Shown: positions 9,433 to 21,089 of the stretch, one piece after another
Position numbering within the stretch: position 1 is the first letter of the stretch
Layout of the letters: every line of letters starts with the position of its first letter
Assembly (NCBI RefSeq): GCF_020745735.1
Contig: NW_026867533.1
Coordinates: 434,001 to 472,570 of the forward strand
Direction of reading: 5' to 3'
From: Hemiscyllium ocellatum
Lineage: Eukaryota
DNA length: 38,570 nt
The notes under the pieces: generated by a model
Seen by the model: the letters and a program-made list of their open reading frames with translations, nothing else
The model's database searches: none
What the model was told of the DNA's origin: nothing
Made by a program: the position numbers and the translations under genes

Positions 9433-9726
9433 TTTAGATTAGATTTCCTGCAGTATGTATCGGGCCATTTTTGTATGTATCAAAGTCCACACCGACCCTC
9501 TGAAGAGTAACCCACCCAGACCCATTCCCCGAACCTATATTTACCCCAGACTAATGCACCTAACACTATAGACAATATAGCATGACCAGTTCACCTGACA
9601 TGCACATCTTTGGATTGTGGGAGGAAATCCACACAGACACAGGGGAGATTGTGTAAACTCCACATAGGCAGTCACCCGAGGCTGGAACCGAGCCTGGGTA
9701 CCTGGATCTGTGAGGCAGCAGTGCCA
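9433..9726 (-). mobile_element. HE1-like SINE
   Basis: Reverse complement of the same SINE body with a TTAGA-type tail. Confidence 0.85.
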
Positions 9727-10699
9727 CATTTACTTAGACATCCGTTAAAGTGGGCAACTCCAGACAGAAGCATGTTTTTAATTCATACCTTTTTAAACAT
9801 TTTAGTTCATTAAAAGCAGTTAACAAGAAAATAACCTTACCTTAATTCCTTCAACAGAAATGCTTTCCACACTGGAATGCAGTATTGTTTATGCAGTGCA
9901 TGCAAAATCTCCACAGTTCAAGGAACATTTTAAGACTATGTAAAAATAATTTAGAGAATAATCCATTTCCTCCAGATCTGTGCTTTAATTGGTGATGTTT
10001 CCCACCTCAATAATTTTGTTAAATGCAATGACTTATTAAGTTTATTAATTCAGTGGTTATTTATGTTCATTGTGAACACATTCTCGTTCACATTAATCCA
10101 CTGGTTAATTCTTCTGATGAATATTCACTTAGAGTGAATATATTTGACGTGAGGAGTTGAGCAATGTATCCTCTGGGATTAAGTCTGTTGTACAGTTTGT
10201 TTCAGTGCTATCTCTGACTAACTTGTCAACGGTCCTGACCATTTGTAAATTGTCCAGTTCGGATACCTGAATCTCAGACAGTTCAATTTCATCTCGCGCT
10301 TCAAAACCACTTTTATCTGCCAGAAATACAATAGGTGCCTCAGAATTGAGAGCCCTGACTAAGTTGTTCTAATCAGAACAAACGTTTCAGGAACAAAAGG
10401 CAGATAGCAAGAGTTTTGAAATTGGTTGTTGGCAACAAGAGATATTTGATTGTGCGAGGCAGAGGGAAATATGCTGCATATTTTCTTTGTGCCTCAGTTA
10501 TGCAGGAGATGTTTCGTGGCACAATGTAGAATCAGAATTTTTTTTGCATCTTATTATTTGAAAGCCTATTATCAGCTTTTAATGTCACTGGCAACGGTCT
10601 TATTACAATTCAAAACATTTTAATCTTTTTCAAACTAAGTAGACCGTCTGGTGCAGCAACATTCTCAGGGGAAAGAGGAAGGGAGTTTGAGGTTGGAAT

Positions 10700-11000
10700 C
10701 TAGTGAGAGTGAATTGATGGCAATGCAATTCCTAGTGCAATTCCTAGTTTTGTTCCTCTGTAGTTCCCATAGAGGTTGAACAATTCAGAGCTGCTGTCAA
10801 AGTATTCTTGGATAAATGTTGAAATGTTACTTTCATTGTACAAACATTCTGGAACAATCCCTGGTTGTGGGAAGGTGTTAATAACTAACATGGTTTATGT
10901 ACTGTCGAACAGGTGGGCTATGTTCTCCGTGATAGTGTCGAGCTCATTGTGTTCAGGTCTGTTGTGAGGTTGTAGTAGGGTCCCTGATTCTGTGCCAGGT
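10700..11000 (-). mobile_element. Highly degenerate LINE ORF2 endonuclease-like fragment
   Basis: Minus-strand translation shows only a weak resemblance to APE YRPP and GDFN.P.I motifs (MLVINTFPQPGI). Confidence 0.3.
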
Positions 11001-11603
11001 GGTCTGTGTTCACTTACAACCTGTTAGAGAGGTATGCAACACCATCTCTTATCAGGTTACTTCAATGCAAGAAAGCAGATTGAGATGTTTGGGTGTTTGT
11101 TGGAATTCCACTCACAGAGGCTAGTGAAATCTATTCAGTCGCTGTCCTGACCTGTGTCTCTTAGATATTAAACAGAAGTTTGGTGGTTAGCAGCTTTTTC
11201 CAGATCAATATTTGTTCACAAGCTTTTGGGCATCGCTAGATGGAGTTAATGGAGTAAGTGCTCAAAGAAATCCCAGCTTTTGACTTGCTGTTCTAACAAT
11301 ATCATTTATAACTAATCCCGAATGAATCATTTTCAAAGTATATTTGATGAGATTATGCTGAGGCTGTTTTACTTTATATTAAACCAGTGCTGTAGCTGAA
11401 TTTGATAGTTCAGTACGGTGAGGGTTCTGCTGAATCCAACACTTGCAGCAGATGGTGATAGCTTTTCTGTCGGTCTTCCATTGCTATCTCAGACCATCCA
11501 GTACCTCTGCTAAGAATTCTGTTTCCAACAGGAGTCAAGCCAACGTAATCACTGTTTGTCTCAACGGGTGTGAGTTCTTCTGCCAAAACATGAAAACAAT
11601 TTG

Positions 11604-11700
11604 GTGAAGAGGGGGTCTTTGGATGCGAAAGGTTAACCTTGCCTTCTCTCCACAGGAGCTGCTAGACCTGCTGAGTTTCTTCAGAAGTTTCTGTCTTTAT
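11604..11700 (+). mobile_element. Decayed PLE-type terminal fragment with hammerhead remnant
   Basis: GTGAAGA-G-GGGGTC-TTTG-GATGC-GAAAGGTTAAC followed by TCTCTCCACAGGAGCTGCTAGACCTGCTGAG, related to the fragments at 12713 and 21430. Confidence 0.55.
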
Positions 11701-12067
11701 TTTCGTTTTCTATCATTTAAAGTTTGTTGTTTCATTGAAAAAAGTTCTGTTCGATTAAACACGTTCTTCAGAGAAAAGATGCATTTGAACAAATTGCGAA
11801 TGTTCAGAGATATTATTGAATTTGAGTGCCCCGATCTCGAGCTGTAGTTTCACAAGAAACTATTATGAAGTAACAACACACTGCAGAGTGCAGTGGCTGC
11901 TGTAATTGGGTGGAAGTTATTTTGATCACTCAAATAGAGAATGTCAATGATCCCGTTCCAAATAATCAACAGAAGTTTTTTTTAAAGCATGTGTGAAACA
12001 ACTAATTTGTTGAAATATTTTAATAAAAAGTATTCACGGCCAGTGCTAGCTTAATGAATGACACAAT

Positions 12068-12340
12068 GATAGGAAGGTAGGAACAAGAATAGGGCACTCA
12101 GCCCCTCGAGCTGTTCCACCACTTACTTAGATCATGGTGCATCTGTGAGCTCAATCCCCAGGTCTCCCTTTGGCTAAAACTCTTTAACACCTTTGTTTAA
12201 CAAGCAAAAACTATCCCAGATTTACTGATTCGACTGCCCATAACAAAGGGAGACACCATTTCTGAAAGACATTCCTGTGAGTACTGTGACACAATGAGGC
12301 TGGAATTAATTGCTCATGAAAGTAAACTTTAAATCTCTGA
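12068..12340 (-). mobile_element. CR1-type LINE 3' end, degenerate
   Basis: Reverse complement contains CCATGATCTAAGTAAGTGGTGGAACAGCTCGAGGGGCTGAGTGCCCTATTCTTG, a typical 3'UTR stem region. Confidence 0.6.
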
Positions 12341-12444
12341 CAATTTCCAATTGAAACATCCCAATCATCATATTTCATTAATTTAACACTATACTTCCCT
12401 GGAATCAAGAAATATAATGTGCGATTGCGTTGCTAAAAATGAGG

Positions 12445-12766
12445 AGAAAGTGAGGACTGCAGATGCTGGAGATCAGGTGAATTGGCCATGCTAAATTGCC
12501 CGTAGTGTTAGGTAAGGGGTAAATGTAGGGGTATGGGTGGGTTGCGTCGGCGGGTCGGTGTGGACTAGTTGGGCCGAAGGGCTGTTTCCACACTGTAAGT
12601 AATCTAATCTAATCAGAGCTGAAGATGTGTTGCTGGAAAAGCGCAGCAGGTCAGGCAGCATCCAAGGAGCAGGAGAATCGATGTTTCGGGCATGAGCCCT
12701 TCTTCAGGAAGGGCTCCTTGGATGCTGCCTGACCTGCTGCGTTTTTCCAGCAACACATTTTCAGCA
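12445..12766. mobile_element. Fold-back PLE-type insert with hammerhead motif, 16-bp TSD and nested SINE
   Basis: TSD GTTGCTAAAAATGAGG at 12429-12444 and 12767-12782. Inverted arms 12618-12670 and 12713-12765 match at 51/53. Minus-strand CUGAAGA-A-GGGC(UCAU)GCCC-GAAAC-AUC lies in the loop. Confidence 0.85.
12477..12613 (+). mobile_element. 5'-truncated HE1-like SINE nested in the PLE-type insert
   Basis: Near-identical to 18904-19050 with a (CTAAT)n tail. It splits GGAGATCAG|AGCTGAA, which is contiguous at 33172-33187. Confidence 0.9.
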
Positions 12767-12867
12767 GTTGCTAAAAATGAGGGAAGCTTCATTCTTATTA
12801 TATGATTAAGAAATAGCTCTGTTCATTCAGTGAAAACACAGTCAAATCACACAAAAAGAAAACCATG

Positions 12868-13069
12868 ATTTGGAGATGCCGGTGTTGGACTGGGGTGTAC
12901 AAAGTTAAAAATCACACAACACCAGGTTATAGTCCAACAGGTTTAATTGGAAGCACAGAAGCTTTCGGAGCGACGCTCCTTTGTCAGGTGATAGTGGAGT
13001 GTCGCTCCGAAAGCTAGTTTGCTTCCAATTAAACCTGTTGGACTATAACCTAGTGTTGTGTGATTTTTA
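12868..13069. mobile_element. Second fold-back PLE-type insert (different family) with 15-bp TSD
   Basis: TSD AAAAAGAAAACCATG (12853-12867) and AAAAAGGAAACCATG (13070-13084). Inverted arms about 12905-12979 and 12996-13070. Hammerhead stem II GGAGC(GUC)GCUCC-GAAAG is present in both arms. Confidence 0.85.
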
Positions 13070-13659
13070 AAAAAGGAAACCATGTCTTCTTGTGTAGACA
13101 CACAAGTGCCTCGAATCATTTTCAATTCTTCCAGTGGTTGTTTGAATCTCTAGACAGGTGTGGAAGTGTCAGACTTTTTATATCGCCTTGAGAAACCAGT
13201 TGTCATCAGTCTATTTGAATTGCTGAAGTTTGTGTGGTATTAGCACATTCACAGCGCTGTTAGGAAGTGAGTCCCATGGCTGTGATTGAGGAAGAGGAAA
13301 CGGGCAGGGAAATAGTTGAGAGTCAAGTTGAAGTCTGATTTGGAGGCAAGCTTTACATGCATGTGTGCCCTTATCCTCAAGGATCACAATTTTGGAACAT
13401 GCTGCCGAAGGGACATGTCAGCATGCAAAATGGAAGCTGAAGAAGGCATCTCGGCCTCTCTAGAAGGCTATTCCATTCATGGGATCATCATTAATCTTGC
13501 TGCTCACCAGTCTTCCCAACACTCGATAACATTGAACCTGACTTCAACAAAAGAAAGGTGAATTCTTTTGGAATTCTCCACCACAGAAATTCATAGATTC
13601 AAGACTCATCGATTCTTGAAAGCGTTGTCTCAAGTACCTAGTGTGTTGAAGGTGTTTGG

Positions 13660-13933
13660 CGCATGTACCTTCATTGGTCAGAGCACTGAGTGCAGGAGTT
13701 AGGGCTTCATGTTGTAACTGTCCAAAACATTGGAATGAACTGCCAGAGGAAGCGGTAAGTGCAGAGATCGGTCCCACATTGAGAAGACATTTGAACAGCT
13801 ACAGGAACTGGATCGGTCTGGATGGATATGGGGCAAAGGCAGGCAAGTGGAATGAGTTTAATTTGGGAACTCTGGTCAGCATGGATGGGCTGGACCAAAG
13901 GAACTGTTTCTGTGCTGTACGACTTTATGACTC
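13660..13933 (+). mobile_element. CR1-type LINE 3' end
   Basis: TGGAATGAACTGCCAGAGG block, 3'UTR GGGCTGGACCAAAGGAACTGTTTCTGTGCTG and TATGACTC tail. Confidence 0.75.
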
Positions 13934-14562
13934 ACTGACTTTATGGTGGAGGAGGCTTAAAGTTGAAAGGTGGTGAGCAAGTGAGGGGCTAGATTGGGCA
14001 TGTGGGAGAGTTTGGGCTGGTAGGCTGGTTGGCTGGCTGCTGGGTAAGCTTGCGTGCACTCTGTCTGGCAAAAGGTGGCATCAAGGTAAATGGTAATGGT
14101 CACAGGATAATTTGGTCGAATTGTGCTTGGTGGGTGAGGGGTAGTTTGAGCTGAAATGCAGGAGGTCTGTCTTTGCCAGGCTGATTTATGGAGAGGTGGG
14201 CAGGATGCCAGGCTGGTTAGTGTAGAGGTGGGCAGAGTGCCAGGATGTTTAGGGGGTGGAAGGTCACTGGAATGAAGTGACAGGTGGATGTGTTGTCAAA
14301 ATGCAAAGCTCGGAGTCTGGCAAAATGGTAGGTTGTAAAGCACAGATGCCAGCGGAGCGAGGATGCAATGTGCACAGGTTGTCTTGGGTAAGATGAGAGG
14401 TCAGTGATCAAGGGCTGGGGTCATGTCTTGGGTAGTGGGCTTTTGTCAGAGGTTGTGAAAATGATGGTGCCAGGTCCAGTCAGGGCCAGATTCGCCATGG
14501 GCCAGGTGCAGGGTGGCAGGAGTGTAAATGACTGAAAGGAATTGAGATCATATGTCCATCTG

Positions 14563-15232
14563 GAATATAGAATATAGAACATTACAGTGCAGTACAGGCC
14601 CTTCAAGCCCTCAATGTTGCGCTGACCTGTGGAACCAATCTGAAGCCTATCTATCCTACACTATTCCATTTTCATCCATATGTTTATCCAATGATCTTTT
14701 AAATGCCCTTAAAGTTGGCGAGTGTACTATTGTTGCAGGCAGTGTGTTCCATGGCCCTACTACTCTCTAAGTAAAGAAACAACCTCTGACATCTATGCCC
14801 TCTCCTGCTAGCCATCACTATTCAAGGAAAAAGACTTTCACTGACAACCCTCTGTTTATCTTTTATGTCTCAATTAAGTCACCTCTCAACCTTCTTCTCT
14901 CAAACAAAAACAGCTTCAAGACCCTCATCCTTTCCTCATTAAACCTTCCCGCCATACCAAACAACATCCTGGAAAACCTCCTCTGAACTCTTCCAAAGCT
15001 TCCACATTCTCTCTATAATGTGGTGACCAGAACAGTACACAATACTCCAAGTGCAGCCACACCAGAGTTTTGTACAGCTGCAACCTAACCTCATGGTTCT
15101 GAAACTCAGTCCCTCTATCGATGAAAGCCAGCACAAAGTATGCCTTCTTAACAACTCTATCAAACTGGCTGGCAACTTTTAGGGATCTATGTACATGGGC
15201 ACCGAGATCTCTCTACTCAGCTACACTACCAA
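14563..15232 (-). mobile_element. CR1-type LINE 3' fragment
   Basis: ORF 14925-15134(-) LQLYKTLVWLHLEYCVLFWSPHY is the CR1 post-RT motif; (ATAGA)n tail at 14563. Confidence 0.88.
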
Positions 15233-15730
15233 TATGGATTGCCTTGGATGTGTTTTGTGTGATAGGGCTTGTGCGTTCTGGGCATGAATGGGTGTATAGC
15301 AGGGTAGGGTTTGCCAATGTGAGTGGAAATTTAGGTCTAGGCAGAGTAAGTGCAGTGGTTAGTCTGAGAGATGAGGTTTGGTGGTGAACTGCGTATCAAT
15401 TTGATAGTTATTAAAGTTAAAGATTACTTGTTCATTTCTCAAATCATATTTACGTAAATACTCAGCTGTAACAGTCCAAAGTGTCTGAACCTTAATGGTT
15501 CTCCATTTTTCAGAGGCCTCCAGAATTCAGATCATTGTAAATGAGATGTTTCAACTTCCAGCCAATTGGCCTGAGTTCAGCCGTGACAGCCATCCTCCCC
15601 GTCCCAGTGCTCAGCTCCTGCCTGTGCTGCTGCTGCTGCAGTGACCTTCCTCCCAGAGAGAACATTCTGCCTTGCAGTGATAAGTGAGGAAGGCTCACTG
15701 GACCTGATTTCCAAGTATGGGGACGGCAAA

Positions 15731-16003
15731 CACGAGGGGACACAACTTTAAAGTGAGGGGAGATAGGTATAAGACAGATGGCAGAGGTAGTTTCTTTACT
15801 GATTGTGTAGTAAGGGTATAGAATGCTTTGCCTGCAACGGTAGTAGATTTGCCAAGTTTAAGTACATTTAAGTTGTCATTGGACAGGCATAAGGATGTAC
15901 ATGGAATAGTGTAGGTGGGATGGGCTTCATATTAGTATGTCAGAGCAGCGCAACATGGAGGGTCAAAAGGCCTGTACTGCGCTGTACTGTTCTATGTTCT
16001 ATG
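15731..16003 (+). mobile_element. CR1-type LINE 3' end
   Basis: GGGACACAACTTTAAAGTGAGGGG block through AAGGCCTGTACTGCGCTG and TTCTATGTTCTATG tail. Confidence 0.82.
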
Positions 16004-16071
16004 ATTCACTCTGATTTCTCTCCGGGGGTACTGCCAGCTGTTGGGTATTTCCAGCAGCAGGGTACCTAGTA

Positions 16072-16383
16072 GTGCAGCACGCTGGTTCCGTGGTTAGCGC
16101 TGCTGCCTCACAGTGCTAGGGACTCGGGTTCCATTCCAGGCTCGGGTGACTGTCTGTGTGGAGTTGGCACTTCCTCCCCATATCTGTCTGCATTTTCTTC
16201 CACAGTCCAAAGATGTACAAGCTGGGGGAATTGCAAATATTGTGTTCAGTGATTGGGAGGTTAGGTGCATTAGTCAGAGTTAACTGTAGCATAATAGGGT
16301 AGGGGAATGGGTCTGGATGTGTTTCTTTTCAGAGGGTGGGTGTGGACTTGTTGGGCCAAATGGCCTGTTTGCACACACTGTAG
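16072..16383 (+). mobile_element. HE1-like SINE, diverged
   Basis: tRNA-like head, core TGTCTGTGTGGAGTTGGCAC and 3' GGGCCAAATGGCCTGTTT. Confidence 0.85.
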
Positions 16384-16733
16384 AATTTCGATGAATCTGC
16401 ATTTCCTTGGTTTGTATTTTGTGAAACTTCTCTGCTCTTCACAGCAATCCAATGAAAGTGTCAGTTGGTGAGATCTTCAAACAGTTCCTGGGGTGGGATC
16501 AGGATGTTCTTCTTCCTAAATGATATGGCAATGGTCAAGGTCAAGGGCATGTTTCTAAAGAGGGAACCAATGATCATGATCAGCAACTGGTAGGAAACAA
16601 CAATAAACTCCAGTTATGCTGTAGACTTCAGCGGGAGCATACTGGCAAACGTTTCCAGCTGAGGATACATTTGAGTAACTGATAAGGTCAAATTAACAGA
16701 AACTAACATGCTCAATTGGTCATTCTATTGTAG

Positions 16734-17042
16734 AGACACCATCTCCCCCCACGCTATATGGCCTGGTCTCCTCCTGTGAGGAGCACAACACCGATTCGAC
16801 AATCTTTGGCTGTTTGGTGATGGACTATTCTCCTGACGTCACCAAGGTAACCTGGAAGAAAGGTGGGGAGCTAATCACAGATGGATTGAAGACTTACCCA
16901 TCAGTGAGAAACAAGAAGGGAACCTACACCCTGAGCAGCCAGTTAACCCTGCCTGGGTCAGCGGTAGATTGCCCCAGCAAAATCTACTGTGAGGTTGACC
17001 ACAGCGGGTCACACTCACACAAGAGCAAAGAAATGCCATGTG
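16734..17042 (+). CDS. IGHM: IgM CH1 exon ([15 protein letters not shown]...[19 protein letters not shown])
   Basis: Acceptor TGTAG at 16733, donor G|GTACGT at 17043. 309 nt open frame with C1-set Cys, Trp and Cys. Confidence 0.94.
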
Positions 17043-17117
17043 GTACGTATTGTGGGAACTGAGATAAACAGAGCATCTGGGATTAATATGAATAAGGCAT
17101 TATTTATAACCATTTTC

Positions 17118-18010
17118 ACAGAATCACCTTATACAGCACAGGAAAAAGGCCCTTTGATCCATCCAGTTTACGCCTATCAATAATAGCCACCTAACTATTC
17201 CAGTCTCATGTGCCAGCACATGATCCATTGCCTTGTGTGACTTGCCCTTGCAAGGATGCATCTCAATACTTCATACTTATTATGAGGGGCTCAGTTTCTA
17301 CATGACTTATAGGTGCTGAGCTCCAGGCTAACACCACCCTCTGTTTGATTTTGTTTTCCCCTGAGATCCACTTGGAACCTCCTGGCCTTACCTTCACCCT
17401 GTGCCCCTGAGGCATTGATCTCTCCATCAAGGGGAAAGGTTTCATCCAGTTTACCCAGTCTATGCCTAAAATAATTCTAGACATCATGATAATCTTCTCC
17501 CTAATTCTCCTCTGCTCCATGGAAAACCCCTGTCTATCTCATCTAGTTTCATAACTAAAACCCTCCAACCCAGGCAAGATCCTGGCAAATCTAATCAATA
17601 CTGCCTTCAGTGTAATCACATTCCTTCGATAACATGCACACAACGCTTCAGTATGGCCTAACCAGTGTTCTATTAAGTTCCAGTATCATCTCCCTATTCT
17701 TCATTGTCAATGTCTAGGCTAATAAAAGCAAATATCCTCCCACCTTCTTAGTCTCTTTATCCAGACGACACAGTACTATAGGGGATCGGTGGGTACATGC
17801 ACCAAAGATCCTCAGGCCTTTCTAGGGTTCCACCATTCAAAATGTCATACCTCACAGATTCTTCTGCCGAATTCCATCACCTTACATTTATCCAGAATAA
17901 TTTCCATTTGCAACTTCTCTTCACATACAACCAACCCTTTTATATCCTCCTGCAATCTAAAGCCATAATGCTCATGACTTACCAACATGACAGTTTTCAT
18001 TTCATCTGTG
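17118..18010 (-). mobile_element. Old CR1-type LINE 3' fragment
   Basis: ORF 17263-17520(-) EQRRIREKII...GHRVKVR...KQRVV resembles the CR1 ORF2 C-terminus. Confidence 0.7.
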
Positions 18011-18730
18011 AATTCACTGGTTCATCCTCCTAAATTTGAGTCTCAATCATTGGTATGTAAGAGAAATAGCAAGGAAATCAACACCAATCCCTACAGAACA
18101 CCAGGAGACATAGATTTCCAGTCACGCAGACACCCGATGACTATTATCCCCTGCTCCCATCACTCAGCCAGTTCGAGATCCAATCTGTCAAAATAACTCG
18201 GATCCCATTGGCTCTGATTATTGCTATCATCTGGACATCGAGTTATCTCTCTGAAAACTACTATCAAATTGTTACACATGACTTTCTCTCAACAAAACCG
18301 TGCTGAAAATTGTTGATTTATCTTCCAAATGAAGACTAATTTCACTTTTCAATAGTTTCCCTACCACTGAGACTAGCTTGACAGATCTGTGTTTTCATTA
18401 TTTATCCCTTCCTTTGTCCTGCGTAACAGTGCAACATTGGCTGATCTACACTCACTTGGCACAACTGCTGTGGCCAGACAGTAATTCTAAATTATTGTCA
18501 GCGACCCAACTATTTCATCCTTTGCATCACTCAACCGCTTGGTATACTCTTCATCTGCCCTGGAAATATAACCACTTTTCATTCAGCAAGACAACACAGA
18601 ACATCACGTCATGTGTCCTAATTTCTGAAAGTACATCACAACACCCCTCCATGATTTCTGTCCCCACATTGTCCGTCTTACTAGTGAACACCGAAGCAAC
18701 ACATTCGTTTTGACCACAACCTAAATTTGT

Positions 18731-19050
18731 GGGCGGCATGGTGGCACAGTGGTTAGCACTGCTGCCTCACAGCGCCTGAGACCCGGGTTCAATTCCCGAC
18801 TCAGGCGACTGACTGTGTGGAGTTTGCACGTTCTCGCCGTGTCTGCGTGGGTTTCCTCCGGGTTCTCCGGTTTCCTCCCACTGTCCAAAGATGTGCGGGT
18901 CAGGTGAATTGGCCATGCTAAATTGCCCGTAGTGTTAGGTAAGGGGTAAATGTAGGGGTATGGGTGGGTTGCGCTTTGGCGGGTCGGTGTGGACTTGTTG
19001 GGCCGAAGGGCCTGTTTCCACACTGTAAGTCTAATCTAATCTAATCTAAT
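18731..19050 (+). mobile_element. Full-length young HE1-like SINE
   Basis: Intact A and B boxes, full body and (CTAAT)4 tail. Confidence 0.95.
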
Positions 19051-19169
19051 CCTCCGACTCCACTCCAATAATAACACTTAATGGGCATTACTGTTTCCCA
19101 AATCATTCTTTTATTATGAATGAACCTGTAACTTTTAAAAATATTTTCCTTTATTTTGACTGCTATTAT

Positions 19170-20390
19170 TTTCTCATGGTCCCATTTGCTCTTCTAATTC
19201 CTTTGTCTTTCAAACTCCCCCTTGCATGTTCTGTACTCCAGACTAATTTCTATTGTTCTGAGATTTCAGTATAGACCGGAAGCCTCCCTTGTTTCTCTTT
19301 ATCTCACCCTCCATGCCCTTTGGTGTCCAGAGCCCGCTACATTCTTGGTCCCATTCAGTGGCTTCCTGGGAAATGTCCTCCCTGTGATTTTCCTCTTTCT
19401 TAAATGTGTCACACTGCTCTGACTCAGATTTACCAATAAGTGTCAGCTTCCAGTCCACTCTGGTTAAGTCATTACCTAATCTTACTAAAATTGTCCTTCC
19501 CCTTTTCATAACTTTGGGCCAATTTCTATTCCTTTGCAGTACAATCTGAAATCCAACTGATTTACGATCACTGTCTGCAAAGTGCACCACCATTGATGTT
19601 TTACCCACTGGGTCGACTTCATTTCCAAAAGTTAAGTCCAGGTTCACCCCTTTTTTTGCAAGGTCTGGATTAAAATTCTCTGTATTAACACATACTTTGT
19701 TAAAATATTCTCCTGGGGGCATTTTCAGAATTGTGCTCCCTCTCAACTTTTGCCACAATGAATATCCAAGCCTATTCTGAGGAAGTCAAAAACCTCTTTT
19801 CTCAATCCCCTATTTAATTTACATTTCTCTGAAATTTGCCCATGTCTTTGCCCTTGGTCTTTTGGACCTATAGTAAGGTCTCTCGTGCTCTCCCAGTAGT
19901 TATGTTTGCTGTATTTTGGTTTTGAAGTACTGTCCATTTGCCTTTGTTCAAGGAGGTATCCATGATTTCATTTCTCTTTACAGCCTAAAATACTCTTGTC
20001 AGAATTGCGACAGAAGCAACATTCTGTGCCGCAAACCCCCGCCTCCATCCTTTTCCATCTTTCCCTGTCTCGCCTGAAGGCACTAAATCCTGGAATATTG
20101 AATAGCCACTCCTGCCCCACTCTCAATATGTCTCCATGATAGCAACCGCATCATTTCCTCATTTATGGCGGTATTTCATCTGCCTTGTTCATCAGACTCT
20201 GTCATTAAAACGATTACCATCCAACATTGCTATCTCCCTTCTGATGTTACCGGCCTATCGTTTCTATGCCTCCTTGACTCCCTTGCTGTGCCCTATAATT
20301 TTAGCCTTTCACATTGTCCTGCGGATCTTTCTGTGTGGATCCCAGCTTCTCCAGCACTCTGCACAATTATGATTCTTGTATCCATTAACC
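19170..20390 (-). mobile_element. CR1-type LINE ORF2 internal fragment, degenerate
   Basis: ORF 19243-19758(-) NLDLTFGNE...HFADSDRKSVGFQI...DLTRVDW matches the endonuclease end and linker (LDL..., SDH, VDW). Confidence 0.78.
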
Positions 20391-20470
20391 ACAAGAAACC
20401 TTGATATATGAGAACTGATTGTATTTGTTATGAAATTCATCAGATAATTTATGCGATGTGTTTCCTAAAG

Positions 20471-20782
20471 GTACAGGTCCTCTCCCACCAACTCTTCTCC
20501 TAACTGTGAGCTCCAGTGAAGAAATCGCAAGCAGCAAGTTTGCAACCATTGTCTGTTCAATCATCGATTTCCATCCGAAGTCAATCTCCGTGAGTTGGTT
20601 GAAAAATGGCCGACTCTTGGATTCTGGCTTCTTCACGTCTCCCGTGTGTGAGGCGAACGGGAACTTCTCGGTGATGAGTCGGCTGATGGTCCCTTATGGT
20701 GAATGGTACAACAGCGTAGTCTATACCTGCCAGGTCACTCATGAAGACAACATTCAAAGTAAAAACATCACCGCACTCCAGG
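20471..20782 (+). CDS. IGHM: IgM CH2 exon ([13 protein letters not shown]...[20 protein letters not shown])
   Basis: Acceptor TTTCCTAAAG (an alternative in-frame AG at 20476 is possible), donor G|GTAAG at 20783. Open frame with IVC, VSW and YTC. Confidence 0.93.
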
Positions 20783-21089
20783 GTAAGAGACACATACTGA
20801 GAGAGCTACAAATCACTCTGAACTCTGATGTGAATCAAACACACTAATTTATCAGGCGTAGTAAACAGCAAGGTACAGCTTCTCGTTTCCCAACATGTCA
20901 CGTATCTCATTTCAGTTTGATTGTTACATTAGCATTGCTCATAATTCAACATTTTGGCAAGTCAGAAAAGCATGTTTCCTCTCTGTTGAAGATAGATATA
21001 TAGACAGTGAGCTTTGTTAAATAGTTTGTTGCCTGACCTTGCTGGGAGAGGCATTCAGAGTGCTGAATCCTTGCCTGGTAGTGGCTTCA

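Noticed and set aside
12429-13084. Repeat-spacer or CRISPR-like array
   Set aside because: This is vertebrate DNA and the repeats are inverted arms and TSDs, not regularly spaced direct repeats.
13940-15390. G-rich stretches (13940-14550 and 15240-15390) as a switch-like region
   Set aside because: They are non-periodic and split by a CR1 insertion. They look like an old unclassified TE, which I could not assign.
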